The notes under the pieces are model-generated. The model ran no database searches. It saw only the letters and a program-made list of their open reading frames with translations, and was not told where the DNA came from. From IMG/VR virus record IMGVR_UViG_3300045970_000330: a stretch of 57,290 nt of DNA; one strand, 5' to 3'. Positions 8,611 to 16,422 of this stretch are shown here, one piece after another. Positions within the stretch are counted from its first letter, which is position 1; every line of letters begins with the position of its first letter. This stretch comes from an uncultured virus (IMG/VR IMGVR_UViG_3300045970_000330). Its lineage: Duplodnaviria; Heunggongvirae; Uroviricota; Caudoviricetes. A program made the translations under genes and the position numbers.

Positions 8611-8696
8611 GGGGGCGTGGTGGAATAGGTCTACACAGCATCTTTAGAAGGTGCCGCGTTAAACGCTTGCGAGTTCGAGTCTCGCCGCCCCCACCA
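8611..8696 (+). tRNA. tRNA-Leu(UAG)
   Basis: Type II cloverleaf with GCATC-TTTAGAA-GGTGC, TTCGAGT T-loop and ACCA. Confidence 0.95.
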
Positions 8697-8726
8697 CCCC
8701 AAGTAACCATAATAAATGGACAATTA

Positions 8727-8809
8727 CCCCTGATGATGGAATGCATACATAGCTAACTTAAAATTAGCCGCCCTAGGGATTGCGGGTTCAAGCCCCGCTC
8801 GGGGGACCA
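8727..8809 (+). tRNA. tRNA-Leu(UAA)
   Basis: GCTAA-CTTAAAA-TTAGC, variable arm, TTCAAGC T-loop and ACCA. Confidence 0.93.
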
Positions 8810-8855
8810 ATTCTTGTTTATACAAGTCAACGTAATACCCTTTTGGAGTAATACC

Positions 8856-9341
8856 ATGTCCTACCCTTACGACAAACTCAGCTCTGCACTGTATGAGCTG
8901 GGTAAGAACAACAGCACTACCTACACGCTTTACAGCACCTGGATTTACGAGGGGGGTTACCCCGGCGGCACCAAAGTGTGTCGGGCGCTGACTCAAGCCG
9001 CTGGCATCGAATGGGTGAGGGAGCAGCTGGGCACCTGGAGTAACGCTCTTACTCTGAGTGACATCGCGGCAGGGCTCCTAATTATCTCCCACCTAACAGG
9101 TCATTCGTATAATTGGTGCTACCCCGAACTAACACGCGATGGTGTCATCATTTACACAGGTAATGCGGATGCGGTCCTTACCTGGATCATGGCGGAACTG
9201 AATAACCCTAATAATCCCCTACCGGATGGCACAGGCACCACCAACGATGATGCTAAGGGAATCGTGCATCTTTCGGACGTTAACTGGGAAATCTACGATG
9301 CGTGGGTTCTAGCAAATGCTAATGGACCCTCGGACGTTTAG
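8856..9341 (+). CDS. Hypothetical protein, paralogue of 9426-9713
   Basis: GGAG RBS; shares W..P.L..D..II.TG....VLTW....LNNPNN.LP with the next gene. Confidence 0.85.
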   Translation: MSYPYDKLSSALYELGKNNSTTYTLYSTWIYEGGYPGGTKVCRALTQAAGIEWVREQLGTWSNALTLSDIAAGLLIISHLTGHSYNWCYPELTRDGVIIYTGNADAVLTWIMAELNNPNNPLPDGTGTTNDDAKGIVHLSDVNWEIYDAWVLANANGPSDV

Positions 9342-9425
9342 ACAAATAGCATGGAATACATACGCCCCCACTACATAAGTGGTGGAGGCATTACATCCTA
9401 GTAAAACACCTACCTGGAGTAATTA

Positions 9426-9713
9426 ATGGCGCTACCTTACCCCTGCGATACGCTGATTCACGCAATCGCCACCCTAAACCGATATGTAGTGGGTGAATAC
9501 ACCTGGGTTAATCCCGACCTTCTTCTTGACGATACGGTGATCTTCACCGGAACCGAGGAAGATGTTCTGACTTGGGTGTGGGCGGTGCTTAACAACCCCA
9601 ATAATTCCCTTCCCGTACACCCCTGGAAGGAGCAGTACCTTAGGGATGATCCAGGGCTTGAGTTTGTTGAATATGAACCCATGCCTGATATTCCTACGGC
9701 GAATGAAGGTTAG
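9426..9713 (+). CDS. Hypothetical protein, paralogue of 8856-9341
   Basis: Same TGGAGTAAT leader and shared motif. Confidence 0.85.
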   Translation: MALPYPCDTLIHAIATLNRYVVGEYTWVNPDLLLDDTVIFTGTEEDVLTWVWAVLNNPNNSLPVHPWKEQYLRDDPGLEFVEYEPMPDIPTANEG

Positions 9714-9759
9714 TAAGTAATTTCTAAAGCGGCGCCGCAGCGCTTAATCTGCGGCACTT

Positions 9760-9835
9760 CCTCCCGTAGCTCAGCGATCAGAGCTGTCGGCTCATAACCG
9801 ACTGGTCCTAGGTTTGAATCCTAGTGGGGGGACCA
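9760..9835 (+). tRNA. tRNA with CAU anticodon (elongator Met or lysidine-type Ile2)
   Basis: 76-nt cloverleaf with GTCGG-CTCATAA-CCGAC and ACCA. The paired 1:72 base pair rules out an initiator. Confidence 0.92.
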
Positions 9836-9950
9836 GCTTGTTCCCGCTCTCCCAAAAGGCTTGGCATCAGCCCGTCTGACGAATGGCGCGACTTGGGATC
9901 GGGCTTGAGTGAGTCTGAGAGCGCGCTAGTCGCGTGGGTAGGACTCCACC

Positions 9951-9982
9951 GGGGAGTAGCCATATGGTGCTCCCCCTTTTTT
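9951..9982 (+). terminator. Intrinsic terminator
   Basis: GGGGAGTA..TGCTCCCC stem followed by a T run. Confidence 0.8.
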
Positions 9983-10309
9983 GAGTGTTCCGCCCCAAAC
10001 ATCAGTGCGGTTGGGTGTTTACGGTCTGAATAGCACACAGCCAGCAAAATAGATGATGCTGGCAATCGTTGGGGGCATCGAGGGCATCGCGTTTTCAAGA
10101 CCTATAACCGCAGAGTAGCTTACTGCAAGGCTTGCCGATGAGCGACCTGGACCCTCTACCAAACCCACCCACACACCTCTAGCGTTGATGGATAGCCCGC
10201 TACTCATGCGGATTCTCAGTCTTGAAAACGGTAAGTGCAAATAGTGACCCGCATTAACGGGTATCGCTCCGTAGACGTATGGAGAGTGGGTATATCTTGA
10301 AGGAGCCCC

Positions 10310-10651
10310 ATGAGCAAGCAGCTAGAACAACTATTCAAGATTGATCAAATCCACTATCTATGTGTTTACCTGGGCATCGCCACACGTATGGCTACAATAT
10401 CAGGTAGTAACAAGTGGTTCCTACATTACGATGTCGGATCAAGAACCTTCACAGCACTCAATGGTTGGAAGGAGCCCAAGACGGATACCTTTTACACGGA
10501 ATCCAGGCGCCCGCCCGACTTCACAACAAATGAACATCGACACTCCCTGCATCAGATGTATCGCTCTCTCTGGATTGAGTGTGAAAAGAAAGCCATGGCA
10601 GCCCTAGTCGCTAGGGAAATGCGTGGATACGGAATTGAACCCATGCCTTGA
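10310..10651 (+). CDS. Hypothetical protein
   Basis: AAGGAG RBS. Confidence 0.8.
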   Translation: MSKQLEQLFKIDQIHYLCVYLGIATRMATISGSNKWFLHYDVGSRTFTALNGWKEPKTDTFYTESRRPPDFTTNEHRHSLHQMYRSLWIECEKKAMAALVAREMRGYGIEPMP

Positions 10652-10698
10652 CACATCGTGTGTCTTGTCACAACGCTTTACTATCTCTAGGAGAAGTT

Positions 10699-10890
10699 AT
10701 GGAACGCAAGAACATCAGTGAATTTCTCGGGCGCAAGCGCGCTATCGAAAAGGCGATCCGCTACGGTTATGGGCACGCTGAACTCTGCTCCATGCTGGAC
10801 GTGTCCCACGGGACCATGAGTCGCCTGCTGCTTGCGCTGTTTGGGCAGAATCTCACGCAGATCCGTGCAGAGTGGGGCATTGTAGCCTAG
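10699..10890 (+). CDS. Small helix-turn-helix protein
   Basis: AELCSMLDVSHGTMSRLL; AGGAG RBS; upstream TTGACA and TGTGTCTTGTCACA operator. Confidence 0.65.
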   Translation: MERKNISEFLGRKRAIEKAIRYGYGHAELCSMLDVSHGTMSRLLLALFGQNLTQIRAEWGIVA

Positions 10891-10896
10891 AACACG

Positions 10897-10983
10897 GCTG
10901 GGGTGCCGCAGAGGTCTACCGGACGGGATTTGTAACCCCGCAGCGAAAGCTAGTCGCAGGTTCAAATCCTGTCCCCAGCTCCA
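10897..10983 (+). tRNA. Atypical tRNA-Thr(UGU) with a long variable arm
   Basis: GCTGGGG/CCCCAGC-T-CCA, CGGGA-TTTGTAA-CCCCG, V-arm AGC-GAAA-GCT and GCAGG-TTCAAAT-CCTGT. Confidence 0.8.
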
Positions 10984-11057
10984 AACTTCTTTCAAGCAAT
11001 ACTCCGTGGTGGTCATGGGGGTTTACAAAATAACCCTGCACCACCACGGAGGAATGA

Positions 11058-11459
11058 ATGTCCCTGTTTCATCAGCACCTTCTAGTCAAGGCGCTCGTTT
11101 CTAGTCCTCCCCGTAGTGAGGAAGCTCTTAATGCGTGGCTTAACGCCCTAGTTGCTGCGATAAATATGAACGTATGCATAGCTCCTAGAAGTTTCTATGT
11201 GGATACCCCAGGAAATGAAGGACTTACTGGGCAGATAGGGCTCTCAACTTCGCATTGCGCGATTCATGTTTGGGATCATGTAATCCCGGCACTTGTGCAG
11301 CTAGACGTTTACAGCTGTAAGGAGTATGAAGCACAAACCGTTGTTAATATGCTCCGCAACTGGGGGCTGATCTCCTGGGAACTCATGGAGATAGATCGCA
11401 ACGATACATTCAAGATCACCAAGCACGAAACGGGAACGGTATATATTCACGAGGATTAA
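11058..11459 (+). CDS. speD: S-adenosylmethionine decarboxylase family proenzyme (pyruvoyl-dependent)
   Basis: HQHLLV, GLTG..GLSTSHCAIHVW and QLDVYSCK. Confidence 0.88.
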   Translation: MSLFHQHLLVKALVSSPPRSEEALNAWLNALVAAINMNVCIAPRSFYVDTPGNEGLTGQIGLSTSHCAIHVWDHVIPALVQLDVYSCKEYEAQTVVNMLRNWGLISWELMEIDRNDTFKITKHETGTVYIHED

Positions 11460-11473
11460 TCAATACAGAAGGG

Positions 11474-11508
11474 AAGGGCAGGGGCTTCGGCTTCTGCCCT
11501 TTTTTTTT
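11474..11508 (+). terminator. Intrinsic terminator
   Basis: AGGGCAGGGGC-TTCG-GCTTCTGCCCT followed by T8. Confidence 0.92.
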
Positions 11509-11527
11509 ATTGGTGGTAACAATTTGA

Positions 11528-12010
11528 ATGACGATACCCACTATCTTCCTGACAGGCTGGCGAGCGATTAAGAAAATACAGAGAAGGACCGCGCTAGCAG
11601 CTTGCCTGTTTACCTCCACACTGCTCATAGCTCCTATGGTTCCACCTACTATACTTAGGGAATACGTGCATGTAGTTCAGGCAGCTACTAAGGCTAGCTT
11701 CTACGGGACACCCGAGGATGGCTTCGTAGGCAACCTCATGGCATCCGGTAAGCGACTCACGGTGGGCATGATGATCGCCGCCCATCCCACGCTTCCCTTT
11801 GGAACTAAGATCCGAGTTACAAATCTGCTTAATGGGTTAAGTGTGGATGTAACTGTGATGGATCGGGGTCCCTTCGTGCAGGGCAGGGGCGTGGACCTAA
11901 GTTATGCAGCTGCGCAGGCGCTGGATATGGAAGACATGGGTATCGCTAAGGTTCGTGTGTCCGTGCTCAGTTATGTTACAGAGAAACTGACGGTTGGTAA
12001 CAAAGCTTAG
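11528..12010 (+). CDS. rlpA: RlpA-like lytic transglycosylase (double-psi beta-barrel)
   Basis: ASFYG, AAHPTLPFGTKIRVTNL and VMDRGPFVQGRGVDLSYAAA; N-terminal hydrophobic anchor. Confidence 0.92.
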   Translation: MTIPTIFLTGWRAIKKIQRRTALAACLFTSTLLIAPMVPPTILREYVHVVQAATKASFYGTPEDGFVGNLMASGKRLTVGMMIAAHPTLPFGTKIRVTNLLNGLSVDVTVMDRGPFVQGRGVDLSYAAAQALDMEDMGIAKVRVSVLSYVTEKLTVGNKA

Positions 12011-12021
12011 AAGGAGCGACC

Positions 12022-13167
12022 ATGCTTGCAGTTCAAGACTATTTACGAGCCCCTGGACATACCCTAGAGACACTCACCGCAGACTACGCCATCAAAGTGC
12101 GGGTAGACGAATACCTTCGGGTTGCTGCCCTCAATTACAACCAAATTGAATCCGACATGAAGCAGCCCATCTGTCAGGAATGTCGGGGGCTCATCCTGGC
12201 GCTGGGAACTTGGGATGTATTGTGCCTGCCGTTCAAAAAATTCAGCAATTTAGGTGAGTCATATCTACAGGAATTTGACTGGACTAACTTCTGCGCTTAC
12301 GAGAAGCTGGATGGGACCCTCATATCCATTTACTATCATCCTCAGCATGGATGGCAGATAGCTACCCGGGGCGTTCCTGACGCCTCAGGACCCATTGATG
12401 GCTCGGGGATGACCTTCAGGACACTTACACTGTTAGCCCTCAAGGAAATGGGGTATGACGGTCCTTTAGGATGGGAGCGGTTCTTCGCCCAACTCAAACC
12501 GCGCTTTACCTACCACTTTGAGCTAACAGCGCCCGAAAATCGCATAGTTGTTGCATATTCTGAGCGTAAATTGTCACTTCTTGCAGTCAGGGACAGTTTA
12601 TCCCTAAAAGAGCTGGCATTATCGGGGTTCCCGCACCTAAATCCAGCAAAACTGTATGAATTTTCCTCAAAGGAGCAGCTTCTGGAGGCTGCTACCCTCA
12701 TTAATCCCATAGAGCATGAGGGTTTTGTAGTAAAGGACTGGGCAGACAGGCGCCTAAAGATCAAATCGGAGGCTTGGTGCCTCGCTAGTAAGTGCCGGGA
12801 CTCCCTCGGAGCATCCAGATTGAATCAATTTGAAATGATTTTGAGCGAAAAGCAGGACGATGTTAAGTCGCTACTGCCCGAGTTCGTTGTTAAATCCATG
12901 GAATTGCTCGAAACTGACATGATGCTGCTGCTACAAGCGGCTAAAAACAGCTGGTTACGCTATAGATTCGTGGATAACCAGCGGGATTTCGCCCTTTACA
13001 TCAAGCATCTTCCATTTGCTCATCTACTTTTTGAGCAGCGTAGGGCTCCGAAGCCGGATTTTAACACTGAAATATTCCTTGATATGGCACGCAGGAATCC
13101 GCGCAAGGCTTTGGAAATGATTGACAACACTACTAAGCTGCTATTCGCACAAACTCAGGTGGCGTAA
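12022..13167 (+). CDS. T4 Rnl1-like RNA ligase
   Basis: ECRGLI, PFKKFSN, motif I EKLDGT, FELTAPENRIVV, EGFVV and RLKIKS. Confidence 0.92.
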   Translation: MLAVQDYLRAPGHTLETLTADYAIKVRVDEYLRVAALNYNQIESDMKQPICQECRGLILALGTWDVLCLPFKKFSNLGESYLQEFDWTNFCAYEKLDGTLISIYYHPQHGWQIATRGVPDASGPIDGSGMTFRTLTLLALKEMGYDGPLGWERFFAQLKPRFTYHFELTAPENRIVVAYSERKLSLLAVRDSLSLKELALSGFPHLNPAKLYEFSSKEQLLEAATLINPIEHEGFVVKDWADRRLKIKSEAWCLASKCRDSLGASRLNQFEMILSEKQDDVKSLLPEFVVKSMELLETDMMLLLQAAKNSWLRYRFVDNQRDFALYIKHLPFAHLLFEQRRAPKPDFNTEIFLDMARRNPRKALEMIDNTTKLLFAQTQVA

Positions 13168-13790
13168 TGGACTTTTTTACGAGTGACCTACATTTGGGAC
13201 ACACATCAATTATTGAGTGGTGTGTAAGACCGTGCAGCGATGTAGAAACCATGCATGAAATGCTAATTGAGCGCTGGAATACCGTCATTACACCCCGGGA
13301 CCGTGTATGGGTGCTGGGTGATTTACTTATGGCGCCCGCAAATAAAAAGAAAGAACTGGAAATCATCCAGCGCAGGCTTGAACCCATCGGTAGATTGAAT
13401 GGTGAAGTCCATTTGATCCCAGGCAACCATGATCGTTGCCACAAGGATATTTACAAAGATGGGGCAAGCTGGGAACAGGTCTATCTGGATGCGGGAGTAA
13501 CCAAAATTCATCCACCAACCGTGCAAATCGAGGTTGTAGACGAAGATGTGACATGGCACATCCTTATGAATCACTTCCCCTACGCTGGTGAGCAGGCTGG
13601 GGATGATCGCTATGAGGCTCTACGTCCTGATAGGAAGCAGGCGTTCAACATGCCTCTGCTACATGGGCACGTGCACGGCACCTGGGTTCAGCAGGGCAGC
13701 ATGCTCAATGCAGGGTGTGACGCTCACGGGTGGTATCCAATCAGTATGGAGACTGTTATTGCACGGCTCCGTCCTTACAAAACGATTTAG
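13167..13790 (+). CDS. Calcineurin-like metallophosphoesterase
   Basis: SDLHLGH, LGD, GNHD and HGHVH; translationally coupled to the ligase. Confidence 0.93.
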   Translation: MDFFTSDLHLGHTSIIEWCVRPCSDVETMHEMLIERWNTVITPRDRVWVLGDLLMAPANKKKELEIIQRRLEPIGRLNGEVHLIPGNHDRCHKDIYKDGASWEQVYLDAGVTKIHPPTVQIEVVDEDVTWHILMNHFPYAGEQAGDDRYEALRPDRKQAFNMPLLHGHVHGTWVQQGSMLNAGCDAHGWYPISMETVIARLRPYKTI

Positions 13791-13798
13791 GAGATCAG

Positions 13799-14494
13799 AT
13801 GATCAACGAAAGCCAGGAGTTCAAGGAAAGAGAACTCAAATACCGAGCTGCTCCGCGCTCCCTGGAAGCCTTTACAGCTCTAGGACAACGACTCAAGGGT
13901 AAGTTCATGCTCGGGGCAGGGGCGGATTGCTATTGGTCCCAACCTGGGATGCCGGATCTCCCGCCTGTGCGTCATCGGTATAGTCAGGGGCACGGAGAAT
14001 TGACCATCAAGAAGCAGGTTATCGAGGGCAGCAACATCCACAGGCATGAGATTAACTTGCGCCTTGAGGACTCCCAGCTTCGAGAAATGGAGCAGATGCT
14101 TCCATTGATGGGCTACAAACCTGCGCTGCGTATCAGTAAGGTCGCACACATCTTCTACTGCCCCTTTGTGGTGCTGTCCTGGTATTCAGTCCTGGGTATG
14201 GACGGCGCCATGATGCACATGGAGGACGGCACGCCCGCGCAGTTCGTGGAGATAGAGCTGCGAGAGGATTTGGATTGGTCTACCATCGCTTCTGATTGGC
14301 GCCAGTGGTCAGACTGCACCCCAGCATCGCACCCGCTGTCCATGGATTTCCTTGAGCAGCTATTCACTACCGATGATTTCTGTGGGCTGGTGTTGTGCCG
14401 CTGGGCTGCCTTCCTACTTGCCGAAGGTATCGTAGTTCATCCGCCCCTGCCTTCGTCACTATGGGAAATGTTCGGTCCTAAGGAGCTGACATGA
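13799..14494 (+). CDS. CYTH / triphosphate tunnel metalloenzyme (CyaB-like fold)
   Basis: N-terminal ExExK (ERELKY), ELTIK, RHEINL and FVEIE. Confidence 0.75.
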   Translation: MINESQEFKERELKYRAAPRSLEAFTALGQRLKGKFMLGAGADCYWSQPGMPDLPPVRHRYSQGHGELTIKKQVIEGSNIHRHEINLRLEDSQLREMEQMLPLMGYKPALRISKVAHIFYCPFVVLSWYSVLGMDGAMMHMEDGTPAQFVEIELREDLDWSTIASDWRQWSDCTPASHPLSMDFLEQLFTTDDFCGLVLCRWAAFLLAEGIVVHPPLPSSLWEMFGPKELT

Positions 14495-14751
14495 ACATCC
14501 TGGAACGGGCTATAGATATTTATGGCGAAGACCTGATGGGGCTGGATGGTTTTGATGAGTGCCTAGCTGGTGTAGTTGTAAGGGCAGGGCAGAACCCCAT
14601 CCTGTGCTACGACATTCTAGCGATTATCCAGACTCTTATGGATGGGGGTATGACTTCCGAAGCCGCCTGGGAATACTTTGAGTTTAATCAACTAGGGGCA
14701 TGGGTGGGTAATGATACCCCATGCTTCTTACACAATTTGGATAGGAACTAG
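14491..14751 (+). CDS. Conserved-looking phage hypothetical protein
   Basis: DGFDECLAG..YD..EAAWEYFEFN.LGAWVG..TP; ATGA coupling. Confidence 0.8.
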   Translation: MNILERAIDIYGEDLMGLDGFDECLAGVVVRAGQNPILCYDILAIIQTLMDGGMTSEAAWEYFEFNQLGAWVGNDTPCFLHNLDRN

Positions 14752-14753
14752 AT

Positions 14754-15323
14754 ATGACCATCAGGGTAGCTTTTAGCGGTAAAATGCGCAGCGGAAAAGA
14801 CACTGCGTGCGATTACATTATCAACTCGCTCATGGAGGATGGCTTCTTTGTCAAGCGCATGATGTTTGCTGACACACTGAAGCGCTTGGGCTCATACATC
14901 CAGCAGGAATGTGGGTTCCCCGTCGAGCGTGATCGAGAGCTTTACCAGTGGCTGGGGACGGATTACGGACGGACGCGGGATCAGAATGTGTGGGTAAACG
15001 CTCTGGAGCGCCAGATTGAGTCCAATGACAGCGCAGCCTGCTTTCTGGCGGTTACTGACATGCGCTTTCCTAACGAGCTAGCGATGCTCAAGCGCCAGGG
15101 CTTCATTACCCTGCGGGTTGTTGCGTCCGAGGCTACGCGCCTTAGTCGGGGTGCGGATGCCGACAGGCTTAACCATGAATCGGAAACGGCGTTGGATGAT
15201 GCTGAGGCTCAGGGGCTGTTCGACTACGTGATTGAGAACGAGGGCAGCCTAGAGGAATACCACGCTGAGCTAGAGCAATTTCTAGCAGAGTGCTGGCGCA
15301 GCACCGGCAAGGAAGTTTTGTAG
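14754..15323 (+). CDS. Deoxynucleoside monophosphate kinase
   Basis: GKMRSGKDT, FADTLK, RELYQWLGT, VTDMRFPNE and HESE. Confidence 0.9.
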   Translation: MTIRVAFSGKMRSGKDTACDYIINSLMEDGFFVKRMMFADTLKRLGSYIQQECGFPVERDRELYQWLGTDYGRTRDQNVWVNALERQIESNDSAACFLAVTDMRFPNELAMLKRQGFITLRVVASEATRLSRGADADRLNHESETALDDAEAQGLFDYVIENEGSLEEYHAELEQFLAECWRSTGKEVL

Positions 15324-15648
15324 CTACACGACTTAAAAATATAGCTACGCTGGACCCTTGACATGTCTAGCCCTCAGTGCAACACTCTTTTTATTCCGGC
15401 ACAACCCATAGAGGTCACCTTCTTTAAGGACCACTATATGTTGTGCCGGATTTCTTTTTTCAGGGCAAGCGAAACAAACCTGTTGACAAAGGACACCCTG
15501 TGAATGATAGAATGATCGCCGGGGTGCAATGCAGAAAAAAGCCCCAATAGAAATAAACACGAACACTTGACTCGCGGGTAACTTTTATGGTAAGACAGAA
15601 CTACAACCACGAGTGTCGCTCGACACTCTTTTCCAGGGAGGCTGCCCC

Positions 15649-15804
15649 ATGAGCAGTGATTCAGTGCCGCACTACAGCCCAGCGCAACGCAGTCAGCAGA
15701 TGACGGAGGACACCCGCGAACTTGTGGATGATACCTACGCGCTACTGCGTGAGTGTGGGCTGGTTCTCAACCGCTTCTATAAGGACTACGCTAAAGCTGC
15801 GTAG
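15649..15804 (+). CDS. Small hypothetical protein
   Basis: GGAGG RBS, upstream TTGACT/TTGACA boxes and downstream hairpin AAGGAGTCCG/CGGACTCCTT. Confidence 0.55.
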   Translation: MSSDSVPHYSPAQRSQQMTEDTRELVDDTYALLRECGLVLNRFYKDYAKAA

Positions 15805-16118
15805 CAAACGGTGCAATAAAAATTTGGGTAAGGTAAACAAGGAGTCCGTTCACAGCGGACTCCTTATTTGTATCGCCCTGACCTATAAGATGCAAGAAAT
15901 ATTTTAGAAAGATCCTTGACAGGACCAATGGATATGCGAAGGGTGGCTTTGACTCAACTTTCCACATATTGAACAGGGCGTGAGTCGATTACGTGCGATA
16001 ATCGCTTCATAGATTATAACCCAAATCATTTCTAGGTTTCGATAAGTGTTCTTATGTAACATTACCATAAAGGAATATTAAAACTCGCCCGGGTGGTAAC
16101 AAAATCAAAGGGGCGCCC

Positions 16119-16379
16119 ATGGATTACAGAGAAGCAAAGCAACGAGTTATGGCAGCAGCTGAGCGTGCAGTAAACAAGGATCTGGTTGTAGACCTAAATA
16201 TTCTCTGGAAAGCCAGTGGCAAGCCGTTCTTCCGGCGCCCATCCATTTGGATGCGGCAGAAGGCACTCAATGTTGAGCTGGAGGTTGGTCCTCGTAGAGA
16301 GGTATTTGCAGGGGCAGCGGGGATTCAAAGCTATGTCGCGTGGTTGTATCCCCAGGTGGACTTCAAGCCCCTACCTTAG
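16119..16379 (+). CDS. KilA-N-like DNA-binding protein (short)
   Basis: VDLNILWKASG..RRPSIWMR and YVAWLYP resemble KilA-N. Confidence 0.55.
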   Translation: MDYREAKQRVMAAAERAVNKDLVVDLNILWKASGKPFFRRPSIWMRQKALNVELEVGPRREVFAGAAGIQSYVAWLYPQVDFKPLP

Positions 16380-16422
16380 TGGTGGTAACAACCCAAGTAG
16401 ACGAGCTACATTCGAGGTGCCC

